NCBI GenBank assembly: GCA_010405405.1
Contig: MU004230.1
Location: 282,627-346,626 of the forward strand
Source of the DNA: Microthyrium microscopicum
Lineage: Eukaryota
DNA: 64,000 bases
Direction: 5' to 3'
A program made the position numbers and the translations under genes. Positions within the stretch are counted from its first letter, which is position 1. Every line of letters starts with the position of its first letter. Under the pieces are notes generated by a model, which searched no databases, was not told the origin of the DNA, and worked only from the letters and a program-made list of their open reading frames with translations. This document shows, piece after piece, positions 11,947 through 26,604 of the stretch.

Positions 11947-13273
11947 GCAGTCCCATGGCTACCAAATATTGAACTAGATATGCGAGAGTGGATCTGTGAG
12001 GGAAAACATGTAGTTGATATAAGAAATCACAAAGACACTGGCGTCACACAGGCTAAGGTGAGCGTTGTGTGGAACAAGGACGACCAACTGCTTGGTTCCG
12101 GACCATGTGTGAGTGTGGGGGAGATGCACGTTGTTCTGGGTGAAAATGGAATCATAAACCTTTGTGGCATTAGCATGTGATTTAGAAATTTACCTATCTC
12201 TCGCAATTGCCATACAGGAGTGATATTGACGGGTTGTGAAATTGGAAGAGCGATTGCTCCCGGTGGCAAGTTATGAAAGAATGCATGTCTGATATCATTT
12301 GATGTCTCATGCTAGCTTTCACAAGCTACCAAGCCTCAACAAGGAATCTCTTAACTCTCATCGACAGAACATGAAGACTATTGTCTTGGAACTGTGGTTT
12401 TATGGTACTGTTTTTGTGAAGCATGACATTGACAGTGGATGTCAAGACACCTGCTGAGATCCTTAAAAGCCATACATCAGTACTCCTCTTCGTATCCGTA
12501 ACAGAGCTATGTAAATGTGTAAGTTATATATTCTTACCTCAAAATCGCCGGAAATACTGCAATTCTAGAGTAGAAAAAGATAGGGAGTGGTCTTGTGTTG
12601 TAACAAAAATACTTTGAACTAATGCAGCTGCTTTGATTCTTTGTGTTGAGGATTTTTTATGCCCATGCAGCATAATTTTTTTCATCTCTAACAATCAAGT
12701 ATAACGCCATACATCTCATGTTATTTGCTATTACTCAGCTGTAGACTGTAGTTGGGCTGGTGACTTGATTGTCTTTGATGAGTGTATGTTTCAAGCAATT
12801 GTGGATGTTGTTGTCTCTCCAGATTGCTCAGCCGACAAACAAGGAAGGTACGGGTGGCATCGCCAGGTGCTCCTGCCCAGACTGCCACTCACTCCTGCCT
12901 CTGTCCGCTATGCACTAGTGATACCGGCAACTACAGCCAGTTACTGTACCCTACAGTCTACTACCCAGTTAGGCAGGGACCTGTCGTCAGTCTTTTGCTC
13001 CACGCTCCATCTCCGTTTCTCCCTTCAACACTCCCCTACATCTCCAAAATCCCTTTATCCACCACCACATCACTTCCACAGCCGCCTATTCCACCGCGTT
13101 GATTTAACCCCCGATCCCTCATTAACACTCTTCGCGTCACATATCAATCTCTTCTCCAGCCTGGTCAGCCTAGTTACTTTGCATCAGCCACGCCTGTGCT
13201 TTTCACCCCAGTAATCATCTCTCCCACCGTGCCTGAGGAGCTCGCCGGCTCCGCAGGCCACAACATCGCCAAC

Positions 13274-16200
13274 ACGGCTCAACTAAATTCAAAAAAGCGA
13301 AAGCTCGTCCAGCCAAACAACGATTCAGTCCTAGCACCTTATAACGCTCCCGATACCCCCAATACCGACGGGCCCGCCTCACCTCCTTCATCTTCCCCAC
13401 GCGCTGCAGACTCTCCAATCCACCGAGCCTCAGCCTCTCCAGGTCCGCCTTACAGACATCTGCCTCCACATATTCAACCAGAGGTCAGCTCCCCTTTCGA
13501 GGCTGGGTCCCCCAGCGAGGCTTTTGCAGGCGTCACGCTGAATAGCGACGCCGTCTCGGAAATGGGCATTGATCGCCCCGAAAACGATAGCCATGGAGCT
13601 CCAGTAGACACCACTTCGCCCTTAAAGCAACAGCAGGACTCTGGTGGTTCTTCTCCTCAGCATACACATACTTCAAGATCATCATCACCTACGAAGAGAC
13701 GAGCATCGGAAATGGACGAAGACGAGACTCAGGTTCCGGCGGACGACAGCATGGATGTTGATCGACCAAAAGCTGCCGGAGTTTTGAATACCACAGCCCA
13801 TGAATCTAGTTCCGGACCTGGCTCAAGAACTACTCCAAGCTCAAGCAGAATTGATGAGACATCCTCGGCCACAACGGATGAGGATAATAATGATCCTTTG
13901 CCATCTTTAGATGACCAAGTCACAATGGTTTATCAGCAGCTCATGCAGGAAACAGAAAAGACTGAAGGTCGCCCTGGCTATCTCATCTCTCGTCAATGGC
14001 TGGGACGTGTTATTAGCCGGTCAAAATTCAACAGCGAGATGGGTCCATTCGACAAGAACTGCCAAGAAGGAGAAATTGGTCCAGTGGATAACTCATCCAT
14101 TATTGATACTGGTAAGTAGAACTCAAAACGACGGTCTTTTCTTCTCTGACTTTGTCGTAGGTTCAATCGATACAAATCTACGGGATGAGGCCGGGAAACC
14201 CTTTGTACCTCTCAAAACAGGACTCCGCATATCGAGTGATTTTGAGATCTTATCAGAGGAGTCGTGGAAGCATGTTCTCAAATGGTACAACATCGCCGAG
14301 AATCAAAGTCCAATAATTCGATACCAGCACTCAACAACACCCGATACCGATGTCGAGCCCGAGTGGATGTTTGAAGTTTATCCTCCTATATTCACACTGA
14401 GGAAGCTGGTTTCAGACAAGGCGAATCTTGGTCCTGAGAAACTAACTCCAGCTCCTCGTGTTCTTACCAGCAGAAGTCAAAAGTACATGGAGTTTCTCAA
14501 GGTCGTTAAAAGACAACTGGGCATTTCCGTGTCGACAAAAATAAAACTCGCTCGCGTAGTTGACCTGGAAGCTGCGTCCGATAACACCGGAGCTATCAAT
14601 GGAGCTGGCATTCTCACCCCGGATGCCTCGCGGGATAATTCGCCTGCTCGTGCAACCGTGACAGCCACAAAGTTCATCGAGTCGGCTCAGTACAAGATCT
14701 TCCAAGAAAATGACCAGATTGATCTTCTTGAACAAAAGGACCAATCCATGGATGAAAACTACAACGGTCGTGTCAATCTCGGAACGTTAGGTCTAAACGT
14801 GGACCAAACTCTCATCATTTGCGAGGAGTCTGCTAAGCACAGCTTGCCCAAAAAGACTGGTGCTAAGGCTGCCTTGGCCAAAGATACCGATTCTGTGGCG
14901 TCCAGCGGAAGAAACAGCCCAGCTCGAATGATGACCAGAGGAAGATTCCAGCGTCAAGGCCGGCCTAAGGGAACCGTAGGCCTTGTCAATCTGGGCAATA
15001 CCTGCTACATGAACTCTGCCCTGCAATGTATGCGGGCCTGTCAGGAGCTTTCAACATTCTTCATCAGTAAGTGTGGATCTAACAATACAAGGATAAAACT
15101 AATTCTATTTAGGTAATACATGGGTGCATGAATTAAACAAAGACAATCCTATAGGCCACAAGGGTCAGCTCGCACAGTCTTATGCCGGTCTTCTTCATGA
15201 GATTTATGACAAGACATTGACATCAATGGCCCCAAGATCTTTCAAATCCACAGTCGGTCGATTTGCACCAATGTTCTCTGGCTACGGACAACAAGATTCC
15301 CAGGAGTTCATGAGTTTTCTGGTCGATGGCTTGCATGAGGATCTCAACCGTGTGCTGAAGAAGCCATACCGCGAAAATCCAGACTCAGATGATGCCACCG
15401 TTCATGACCCTGAAGCTATTCGCGAGCTCGGAGAAGTCTTCCGGGATAATCACCGAGCAAGAAACAGCTCAATCATTACAGATTTGTTCAATGGCTTTTA
15501 CAAAAACAAACTCGTCTGCCCGTCTTGCGAAAAAATCAGCATCACCTTCGACCCCTTCTCTCTCCTCACCTTGCAGCTTCCCATGGAACACTACTGGGAA
15601 TATACTTTTGAGTTTCACCCACTTCATGACAAGCCAATTTTGATGCGTGTTGACAACTCCAAAGGCCCCACAATTAAAGACCTGAAAGAATTTGTTGTGT
15701 CGCGCATACCGGGAACGGCCGTCTCTCGCCTACTCATGATTGAGGTTTTCGCCAACAAGGTGTACCGAGTTATGGAAGACCGTGCCGCGATTGTTGAGCA
15801 GAATCTGCTCGCCAACGACGACATGGTTATCTACGAGCTTGAAGATACACCCACAAACTACCCACAAAAGAAACCTCGTTCTATGCTGGATGTTGATAAG
15901 AAAGAGGAACCAGAAGTTCCTGCGGACGAAGTGCGCCAACTAGTCACAGTATACAACCGTCAACATGGGCGGTCGTACAACAATTCACGTAACGTTACAC
16001 TGATGCCAATGTTCATTACATTATCAAAAGACGAGATGGCAGACCACAGAGAGATTTATCGCAAGATTCTCCGAGTTGTTGCCAATTTGACAAGTCGTAA
16101 TCTGATGGACATTGTGGCAAATCACTCTGCTTCCTCAGACAACGAAACAAGTGCTTCTCCCGATCAGGAAGAATCTTTGGAAGAGAAATCTTCTGCCGAC

Positions 16201-18267
16201 AACATCAAGACACAATCCTTGGCTAGTGACTCTTATGTAGACGTCTCTATGGAAGATGCAGAAGAATCCGCCAAAGCCGTAGACACTGAATCCGAAGATT
16301 CCAGCTCTCCAGAGTCAATTTATCAATACCCCTTCCTTGAGCCGGGTGCTCCGATCCCAGATATACTACTCAAACTGTTTGATATCGCTGTTGGCCACAC
16401 GGGAGATGTCATTCCTACTAGCAGTGGCAACTTCAGCAGTACTTCAGTTGATCTTACAAAGCAGTACCCAAGTCTCTCATCCCGCATTCCCAAGCCTGTG
16501 GATCCTCTTACCCCTGAAGATTCGTCTGCTAGTCCGGCTCCAACCGAGGCCTCTGATGACACAACCTCTGATGAGCCTGCCACCAATACTACAGAGGCTC
16601 AGATGTCATATGACGACAATGAAAATAGCAGCGAGTTGTCGTTCAAGCCCGGATCAAACCGCAATGCCAGGGGCAAGGGCAAAAAGAATAAGCGCAAGGA
16701 CAAGAAATATGGCAAGGGCAACAACCGTACCCAAAATCCTCGAAAGGATAATAAGACCTCTCGATTCGTATCAGAAGAACCAGAAACCTTTGCAGAAGGC
16801 GATGCGAGCCTTATCCGACCCAACGAGTTCTTGTTCGTCGATTGGAATCCAGATGCCTATGAAGAGCTTTTCATTCCTGCAACTAAGTATGAAAGTCGTA
16901 AGAGGTCCTCACTGTTCGAAGATAAGGAGCTCGAGAGGAAACGTGAGCAACGTGAAGCTCGACGGAAGAGAGGCATACAATTAGACGACTGTTTCGCTGA
17001 GACCTCGAAAGAGGAGATACTGACTGAAGAGAATGCTTGGTACTGTAGTAACTGTAAGGAACGACGTCAAGCGTCCAAGAAACTAGAAATCTGGACCATT
17101 CCAGATGTTCTCGTCATTCATCTCAAGCGATTCAGCTTGGCTGGTCGTTCAATGAGAGACAAAATTGATGTTCTTGTCGATTTTCCGGTAGAAGGTCTTG
17201 ACTTGACTGGTCGAGTCGGCGTTGATGAAGGCAAACCATTGCTTTACGATCTTTTTGCTGTTGACAATCATTATGGTGGTATGGGAGGTGGACATTATAC
17301 TGCTTACGCCAAGAACTTTGTCGACGACGAGTGGTATGAGTATAATGGTAAGTTCGATTTTCCTTGAGTTGTTTCTCCTTGACTAATTTGTCTCGCAGAC
17401 GCGTCAGTTCACAAGATACAACCACATTCTACAGTAACCAAAGCAGCATATCTACTCTTCTACCGAAGACGTCAAGATGACCCTTTAGGCCCGCCCAACG
17501 TTCAAAAGATGGTTCACCAATACTTCAACGCGGACGACTCTGATAACACGTCTGATTCTAATCGATCAGATCGGTCGGGAAACGGCGCACGCCCCGCCGG
17601 CGGAACATTCTATCGCAATGGTTCGTCGGGCGCCTTGAAAGATCCCGCAGCGGCTCGCCCTCCGCTGCTAGGTGGGGCTTCTTCGGATGGGGGCTTGGGA
17701 GAGGATTCGGGCACGGAAATGGAGAACCTGAGCGGGATGGCAATGATTCCGTTCAACAACTCGATGGGTCTGACGAGCATGGAAGACCTGAATAATCCGC
17801 CAGGCTATGACGATGAGGGTGTCGATATGAGCGAAACTACCCTTTTCAGCAATATGCATGGCGGACGCATCACAAATCCTGTCCAGCAGCCGAGTTGGTC
17901 GTTTGACCAATTAGAAGCTGATGCGGATGGAGATGGCGATGTCGATTCAAATGCTGCTGCTGCGTCGGATGACGACTTTGACGATGCAACGGGCGGCAAG
18001 AAATTCGAGGACTTTGGTGATGATGAACATGATGACCAATACGGCCATCAATCTTCATTCCAAGTCAACTCTGGCTACGGCCCTGAACCGGAGCACAAGT
18101 CTCAGCTTTCCCGCTATACTTATGATCCCTTAGAGAATCAGCATAGATCATCGCCAGCGGACGACGAAGATGTGCCAGAGTTGAGCACATTCATGGACAT
18201 GGATACGGTGCAGAAAAGTGTGGAGACTGAGGAGCATGAGGTAAAACACGACACTGAGATGAAGTAA
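13274..18267 (+). CDS. UBP12: Ubiquitin C-terminal hydrolase with DUSP domain (USP4/15, Ubp12-like)
   Basis: Cys box GLVNLGNTCYMNSALQC, QQDSQEF and His box HYGGMGGGHYTAY; introns ~14112-14160, ~15067-15112 and ~17348-17398. Start uncertain: ACG at 13274 proposed, first in-frame ATG at 13562. Confidence 0.9.
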
Positions 18268-18725
18268 TGGCTTGTGATAAAAGCATACATGCATTGGCAA
18301 GACCGCAATGAATAGACATTGGTGTTATTGGTACATTCTGCAAGCTCTTGCAGAACTATTGGGCATTGTTTTGGGGTATTCAGGCATTATAAACTGTAGA
18401 GTTAAGTGTGTAGACATTCAGTCATGGCGCTACGGCCCAATACATGATCAGTCTTTCAGTCATGATTTACTTCTCGTCAAGAATCTTGATTGTGTCTCGT
18501 CTTATAATGTATCATATATCTGCTTGACGTTGAACTCGTTGACTTTTTGATAAAATGTGGTTCTGAGCACAGGCCACAGTGAGCTTGACCTTCATCGCGT
18601 TTGGTCCCTGGAAACTTGAGCATGAACAACACCAACCACCACTACTACAGCTCATACCTCACCAAACAAACTTTCCGAATCATTCGTTTTTTGTCCTTGG
18701 ATTGATGTAAAGCTCCATTGCCAAA

Positions 18726-21478
18726 ATGCCTCCGCAACCAGCGGAGACAGGCTCTCTAACCTCTGGCTCCATCCGCCTAACCGCAACTCGAGGACCATCA
18801 TTCACCCTCGACACCTTCTCCGTACCATTCTCCCCCTACACCACTTACCACCTTCTCCTACTAACACATATTCAGAGCAAAGATTTCATCGTAAAAGACT
18901 GGATCGAACGCCTCTCCGACGAAGCAACCTCCCGCCGCCGCTCCGGCACCCTCAATTCCGCACCAACGGCCTTTGACCCCAAACCACTAATCCGCGCCTT
19001 CGAAGCCGCGCGCCAAAACCTCACGGCCCTCAGCACGACGCTGGAATCGCGCGAAAATGAACTAAGTACGAATGTAAGGCGGGCAGAGGCACAGCATAAT
19101 GGCAGTGTGGTTAATTTAAGTGCAAAACTTGACGGGGCGGTTGCGCGGTTTGCGCGGTTAGAAGCTACGCTTAATGGATCTGATCAAGACAATGGTGTAA
19201 ACGGCGAGGCGGGTGGCAATGTAGCGATACGTGTGGGTGAAAGGCTAGAGGAATTGGAACGGCAGGCGTCACGGGCGCAGGATGCAAAGGGCTTGCTGCT
19301 TTGTTGGCTGGAGGTTAGTGAGCGGGGAAGTCTAAGTACGTTGGAGGATTTGAAGAGACGGCCGGGCGGGGATGGGAAATTGAAGTGTGCGAGTATAGCG
19401 CGGCAGTTGTTGAAGATATCGCAAAGACTTGAGGCTGATGAGGGTGGTGCGGTGACGAATGGGGGGAGTTTGAATGGGGGGAGTTTGAATGGGGTGAGTG
19501 GCAGTGGTGCGAGGATGCGGAGAAATGCGGCGGCGTCGGTGCCGCAGCATAATTCGAGGGAGATTATTGAGAAGTTTCTGGAGGGGTTGGAGACGGAGTT
19601 ACTGCAGGCTTTTGATGCGCATTATCGACGGCAGAATTTGGAGGGGATGAAGGAGTGTGCGACGGCGCTGAGAGATTTTGGGGAGGGGGCGAGTGTTACG
19701 GCCTTGTTCGTCAATCAGCATACGTTCTTTATTGATCGGAGTCAGTTGGTTACGGAGGAGGTTGGTGATGCGGAGACGTAAGTTGAGATTTTGGGCACTG
19801 AGTGCTTTCAGCTAACAGATATTAGATGGGATCGTATTGCAGATCCTGATGCTGAACCGCCAAGTGTGGAGCCAGGTTTACAGGCGCTGGTCGATGAAGT
19901 TAAGATCACTGCTCAGCAAGAGTCATATATCATCAAGCGGGCTTTCCCGTTCCCAGAGGAGATCCTCAATACGTTTCTCCAGCGGGTATTTCAGCAGTCA
20001 GTACAACAGCGCCTTGAACTGGTGCTGGAGAAGGCGGGAGCGATATCATCGCTTTCGTTTCTCCGTGCTCTTCAAAGTTCACGGACATATATCAGCTCTT
20101 TGGTGGATGACTTGAAGAGCCATGGTCTGACCGAATATCCTGAGCCAGCTTCAGCTCAAGTCGCTTCGAACATGGACCAGCAGCTGGAAGATCTTTTCGT
20201 ACCTTATTTATCTGGCTCGTCATACATTGAACGAGAGAAGAGAAATCTGGATGAGCTGTACTCTTCGCTGCTGTTCAAGTTTACTACATATCATGTAAGT
20301 CATGCCCACATTCACCGCCACTTTAAGCTAATCTATCATAGTCGAGAAGAAAAAAGATGCCAACGACATACCTGGATCGACTTGGGCAACGAGGTGCCCA
20401 GCTAATGCAGTCAGCCAGAGATGCATACATAGATCGACTTGATTCTTCTGATCTTCCTGTTTCCCAGAAAGCCATGCTTTTGCGGATTGCAGGTTTGAAG
20501 GATTCAGAAAAAGACAAGGAAATTGAGGTCACAGAACAAGATGGTCAACTCAACATATCTCATGCAAAGCGTATGATCAAATGGTTGGCTGAAGGTGTCG
20601 GCCGAAGTCTCGAGTTGAATGGTGGAAACGAGACACCAAAAGATATACAAGCTCTACTCAGTGTTTTACTCACTCAAATGGGAGAGATCTATCTCGACAG
20701 CGCCTTGGGAGCCGCCACGGACCTCATCTCAACTCAGGAATCAACAAAAACCGAACCTGATCTCTCTTTCCTCCCATCCCTTCGCACATCCATCCAAATT
20801 CTTCATCTTCTACAAACAACCATATCGACCATGCTCCTTCCTCTCACATCATCTAACATCACCATACGGCGTGAAATCGACAAGTCAACCACTGCTACGC
20901 TGTCAAATCTTGAGTCGAAGATAAGTAATATCCTTCATCGAACACTAGATGTCAGCCTGGCTTGGGTCTCTCGACTACTCCTGGCGCAAAAGAAGACCGA
21001 CTTCCGACCACGCGACGAAGATTTGGCAATGGCCATTGAAGCACTACAAACACCCACTTGTCTCTCCATATTCACCTTCCTATCCAAAGTGTCCAAGCTA
21101 GCACAACAAACGCTTGACGGTGCAAACCTATCTGCCTTCCTCGCAGAGCTGGCCGCTGGATTACGGTCGCTGCTACTTGATCACTTTCGCAAGTTCAGCG
21201 TCTCTCTCACAGGCGGTCTCATCATCAGCAAGGACGTTGCCAAATACTCCGAATTGGTACGGTCTTGGTCACTGTCGGGCACACCATTCCTGGCTCAAGG
21301 TGGCATGGAAGTAGTATCCGAGGTAGCCAACCTATTTGTTATCGGACCGGAAGCCCTTAGAGAGCGGCTAAAGGGCGGTCTTAGGTCGCAAGAAGAGATA
21401 TTAGAGCTTAGAAAGTATGTGGAAAGACGAGAGGATTCGAATAGCGTCGGTGTTCAGGCAGTTTTGAGTACACTGTAA
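18726..21478 (+). CDS. SEC10: Exocyst complex component Sec10
   Basis: FDPKPLIRAFE, FVNQHTFF, QKKTDFRP and GGLIISKD motifs; introns 18822-18875, ~19778-19825 and ~20295-20341. Confidence 0.93.
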
Positions 21479-21584
21479 TTGAACAGTTATTGATCAAAAT
21501 ATGTACGATTTTTGTGGGCCAAAACGCTAAATCTATCTCTATGCATCCCCCTTTGGATCTTCGACCTGCTGAATCTTCATGTTA

Positions 21585-22671
21585 CTATAGCTTTGAAGAC
21601 GGCTCGCCCACCACATTCAAGAACGCCTGATGTACATGCTCCGTCAAATCGCCCGCCTGCAAACTCCTTCCCTTCTGCTCAAAAGCCAACCTTGAACACT
21701 CTCTTGTTATCGCACTACCACCAAACGCACACAATGCCAACAAGTCTTCGGCACTCAAAGTCCCGTCATGCTCCCATAACTTGTCCAGATACGCCTTCCG
21801 CCAGCCCAACAACGTGCCTATCGTTCCTGTTAAGGTATCTCCCTGACCACCACTCCTCTTCCGTCCACCCTCCCCATCGGATATCAGCGTCAAATCGCCA
21901 TTACTCACATAATCCTTGCTGCCCTTTGCAATGATCGTGACACCACCATACGCCCGCGCCAACTCCTCCACTCTTGCCCTTACACCTTCCTCGCCTCCCT
22001 CAACTGTCACGCCTTTCGCTTTACATAGTCTCCCGAACTCCACGACATTCGGCGTTAACACGACTTCGCGCCATCCCGTCACGAGCTCTGGGCGGTTTTG
22101 CGCAAGCAGTAAACCATCCGCATCAAGAACCACCGGCAGTCCCTTTTCACGCGCAGCTTTTAGCACGGCCGTACAGGTATCCTGCATGGCCTCGTCCCGT
22201 CCCAACCCAGGCCCGATGACGAGTACGTGGACCCGCGGAAGCATGGCGGTGACGTTACTTGCGACGCTGTCTTTTGTGTCGGTGGAGTTGAGATGTTTGG
22301 TCTGGCGCATGTAGGGATGGACCATAAGGTTTGGGGAGTATGTTTTTATGACGGCGCTGGCGCCGGGCTCGCATATTACATGGGACTGGTTACCATTAGG
22401 ACCGCGCGGGCAGATACATATAAGGGAAACTGGGTACCATATCAGCGCCGAGTTTGGCTGAGGCCATGGCGGAGAAGTAGGGTGCGCCGGTATAGTCTTC
22501 GCTGCCGCCGATTACTGCGATACGTCCCAATTGGCCTACTCTGTGTTAGTCGCGCGAAAGAGAAGTTGGAGGGGAAATGGTGCCTTTGTGGAAAGTGTCT
22601 AGCATTGGGGGGACGAATTGGTGGACTTTGGCGAGGAGATCTTTGCGGGAGAGGGACGCAAGGGACGCCAT
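21585..22671 (-). CDS. ATP-dependent (S)-NAD(P)H-hydrate dehydratase (YjeF C-terminal/carbohydrate kinase family)
   Basis: [43 protein letters not shown] and [14 protein letters not shown] at 22671; two short 5' introns. Confidence 0.93.
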
Positions 22672-23036
22672 GTTGATTGGCGGTATAGGTGGGCTTTTTC
22701 GGATTCCGCTCTATCAGACAGTTGAAGTTATGAGAGATATGTGTGAAGAAATGTACGAAAGAAAGTGGTGATGTCGTTGGTGGGGTGTCTTTAAAGGACA
22801 GAAGGCCAGCCTTGTCTGATGTCATGGGATGGAGCTGGAATACAGCCACGACAAGGCTGAGAGCGTAGAATCCTAGATAATCAGACTTGAAAACATAACC
22901 AGGCTCAGGTTATTTGTTTAAAATATCTAAAATGTCCCAAAGAAAGCTACAATCGCTATAAAATATCAGATCTCAGCCTTGCAGAAAGAGCTCGAGGGTC
23001 CGTGCTCAAGATCCCTGCCACGCGAAATCCAACTCT

Positions 23037-23058
23037 AAAATTCTCGAAACTTTTTTTT
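23037..23058 (+). promoter_or_regulatory. RRPE-like A/T element in the ~450-bp divergent promoter upstream of NAT10/KRE33
   Basis: AAAATTCTCGAAACTTTTTTTT lies ~60-80 bp upstream of a ribosome-biogenesis gene; only a loose match to AAAWTTTT. Confidence 0.3.
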
Positions 23059-23120
23059 GGATCTTTCCCCACACTCGCACCTACAACGGGGAGCTCCAGT
23101 ATTTCCTCCGCAGCGCAAAA

Positions 23121-26100
23121 ATGGTCAAGAAGGCAATGTAAGCTTGGTCATATCACATGAGACTAACAAATACTAACCATGTTTTTCCAGTGACTCGCGC
23201 ATACCCGCCCTCATACGCAACGGCGCACAGGTTCGTGTCGCATCTTCAGATGGGCTATTTGGTCTAACCTGCTGTAGGAGAAAAAGCGCAGCTTCTTCGT
23301 CGTCGTCGGCGATCGCCAAAAAGATGTCATCGTAAATCTATACCATATCCTCCTCAATATCGACCTCAAGCTCAACAAATCCGTACTCTGGGCATACAAG
23401 AACAAGCTATTGGGTTTCACAAGTCATCGAAAGAAGAGAGAAAAGAAGATCAAGTCCGAAATCAAGCGCGGCATTCGAGAAGTTGATACAGCGGACCCGT
23501 TCGAGCTTTTCGTGTCGACGCAAGATGTACGATATGTCTATTACAAGGAGACGGAGAAGATTCTGGGCAACACATATGGAATGTGCATTTTGCAGGATTT
23601 CGAGGCAATAACACCAAATCTACTTGCACGAACGATAGAAACTGTGCAAGGTGGGGGATTGGTCATCCTCCTGCTCAAGGGAATGAACAGTTTGAAGCAG
23701 CTGTATACCCTGTCTATGGACGTACATTCAAGATATCGGACTGAAGCGCATAATGATGTGGTAGCTCGCTTTAACGAGAGATTCATACTGTCGTTAGGCG
23801 GTTGCGAAACATGTCTAGTAGTGGACGACGAACTGAATGTTCTTCCAATATCAGGCGGCAAGTCGGTGAAGCCGCTACCTCCACCAGATCCACAGGATGA
23901 ATCAAGATCGCCAAATGCCAAAGATCTAGAAGAAATAAAAACCAGCCTAGCAGATACACAACCTACTGGATCGCTAGTTACTCTGGCAAAAACGCTGGAT
24001 CAGGCCAATGCGCTTGTGACCTTCGTCGACGCCATCTCCGAGAAAACATTATCAAGTACTGTGACGCTCACAGCAGCAAGAGGGAGAGGAAAATCTGCCG
24101 CTCTAGGACTAGCAATTGCGGCTGCTGTTGCTTACGGATATAGTAACATCTTTGTCACATCACCAAGCCCGGAGAACTTGAAAACATTATTTGAGTTCAT
24201 TTTCAAAGGATTCGATGCTCTCGGATACCTAGACCACAACGATTATTCCATCATACAATCTACGAATCCCTCTTTCAACAAAGCCATTGTCAGAGTCAAT
24301 GTGCACAGACAACATCGCCAGACCATCCAGTATATCCGTCCGGAGGATGCCCATGTTTTAGGACAGGCAGAACTTGTCGTGATAGACGAGGCTGCAGCTA
24401 TTCCATTGCCGTTGGTGAAGAAGCTCATGGGTCCGTACTTGGTTTTCTTGGCCTCCACGATCAATGGCTACGAGGGTACGGGTCGATCTTTGTCTCTTAA
24501 GCTCATTCAGCAGCTTCGCGAACAAGCTTCCGGAACAAAGAAAGTCGACACGGGCGAAACAGAAATTCAAAAAAGCGGGAAAGTGATCGAGTCCGGTGGT
24601 TCTGGACGAAAGCTTCGAGAAATCACACTATCAGAGCCCATCAGATATGCTCAAGGCGATGCAGTAGAAAAGTGGCTAAATACTCTATTATGTCTTGACG
24701 CTACTCTGCCAAAAGCTTCAAAGGCTTATGGAACACCACATCCTTCATCATGCGAATTGCTCATGGTCAATCGCGATACCTTATTCTCCTTCCATCCTGT
24801 TTCCGAAAAGTTCCTCCACCAAATGATGGCGCTTTACGTTGCCAGTCATTACAAAAATTCTCCTAATGATCTCCAATTAATGTCAGATGCCCCAGCGCAT
24901 CAACTCTATGTTTTAGTACCACCGGTAGAGGAAAGCGCAGGTCGCCTTCCAGAGCCTTTGTGCGTTATACAAGTGGCATTGGAAGGTGAGATCAGCAAAG
25001 AAAGTGTACTCAACAGCCTCAGTCGAGGGCAAAGAGCGAGTGGTGATCTCATTCCCTGGCTTGTCAGTCAGCAATTTCAAGACGAGGAATTCGCCAGTCT
25101 ATCCGGCGCAAGAGTTGTTAGAATAGCGACCAACCCAGACTATCTAGGAATGGGCTACGGATCAAGAGCTCTTAGTCTTCTAAAAGAATTCTTCGAAGAG
25201 AAGTTTACGAGTTTGGAAGAAACAGAGGCCAAAGATCTGGAGCAAATGGTTCGGGTTACAGATGAAGAACTCGAAAACTCCTCACTTCTTCAAGATAACA
25301 TCAAAGTCAGAGATATTCGAAACATGCCACCCTTATTCTCAAGACTATCCGAAACCAAGCCTCCAAAGCTAGACTACATCGGCGTCAGCTATGGCCTCAC
25401 ACCCCCCCTCCACAAGTTCTGGAATACCGCTGGTTTCACCCCAGTTTACCTTCGTCAAACCGCCAATGATCTCACAGGTGAGCATACCTGTGTAATGATC
25501 CGTGTCCTCGCTTCAGAAGAAGGTAGCTGGCTCGGTTCATACGCCCGAGATTTCCACAAACGCTTCCTCACTCTCCTCTCCTACCAATTCCGTGCTTTCC
25601 CATCCAGCACTTCCCTCTCCATCCAAGCCTCCGCCTCATCCGGCAGCACACTCGACACATCTACTACACCGACGCCACTCACGAAGACAGAACTCGATGC
25701 CATCCTTTCCCCCTACGATCTCAAACGACTCGACAAATATGCCGACCAAATGATTGACTATCACCTAATCCTTGACCTTCTCCCCATCATAACCACTCTC
25801 TACTTCTCCGGCCGTCTACGCCCCGGCGTCAACCTCAGCCGTGTGCAAGAGTCTATCCTGCTAGCTACCGGTCTCCAGCGCAAAACGCTTGAAGACATGG
25901 AAAAAGAGCTAAACCTCGCAGCTTCGCAAATCCTCGGCATTTTCATTAAAATAATACGAAAGATCTCGAGTCACTTCCGCGCAGTCGTCGAAGGTGCCGT
26001 GGAAGATGCACTTCCAACTCGGACAAATGGCGACGGTTCAGGAGGGGCAGAAAATGGAGAGCGTTTGCAACTCAAGCCGCTAACTCAGTCGCTGGAGGAC

Positions 26101-26436
26101 GAGTTGGCTGAGGGTGAGGTGATTGAGAATGAGGAGCGGGAACGAATGAGAAGCATGATTGATGCTTTGCCTCTTGATCGGTAAGCCGCTCAACCCTCTT
26201 TGGTCCAGAAGCTAATTGTTTCCAGATATGCCATTACTGATGGTGGCGCGGATTGGGACGATGCTGAACGACAGATTCGTAATGCTCAAGGCAGTTCTCA
26301 TAAGAGCACGATGGTCAGTGTCAAGGGACAGAAGAAGGAGAAGCGTAAGGCCGGTGAAGCTATTGCCGAAGTTTTAAAAGAGGCAGAGGCAATCAAACCG
26401 AAAAAGGTCAAGAAGAGTAAGAAAGGTGGTAGGTAG
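23121..26436 (+). CDS. KRE33: RNA cytidine acetyltransferase (NAT10/Kre33)
   Basis: Spliced N-terminus MVKKAIDSRIPALIRNG; Walker A TAARGRGKSAALG; DEAAAIP; SHYKNSPNDLQ; GNAT motif RIATNPDYLGMGYG; three introns. Confidence 0.97.
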
Positions 26437-26604
26437 AATCGGCATCAATTTTAGTCTAGGCTCAAACTCCACAACGATTCTTCACTCATCAAAGCCTGTC
26501 CAGTGTTTCCTTGATAAGTAAGTATCACCAATAATTGAGTTAAAAGTTTATGTACAGAGCTTGTTTGTATATCTAGATGTCTAACTCAGAACACTCGAAC
26601 CAGA

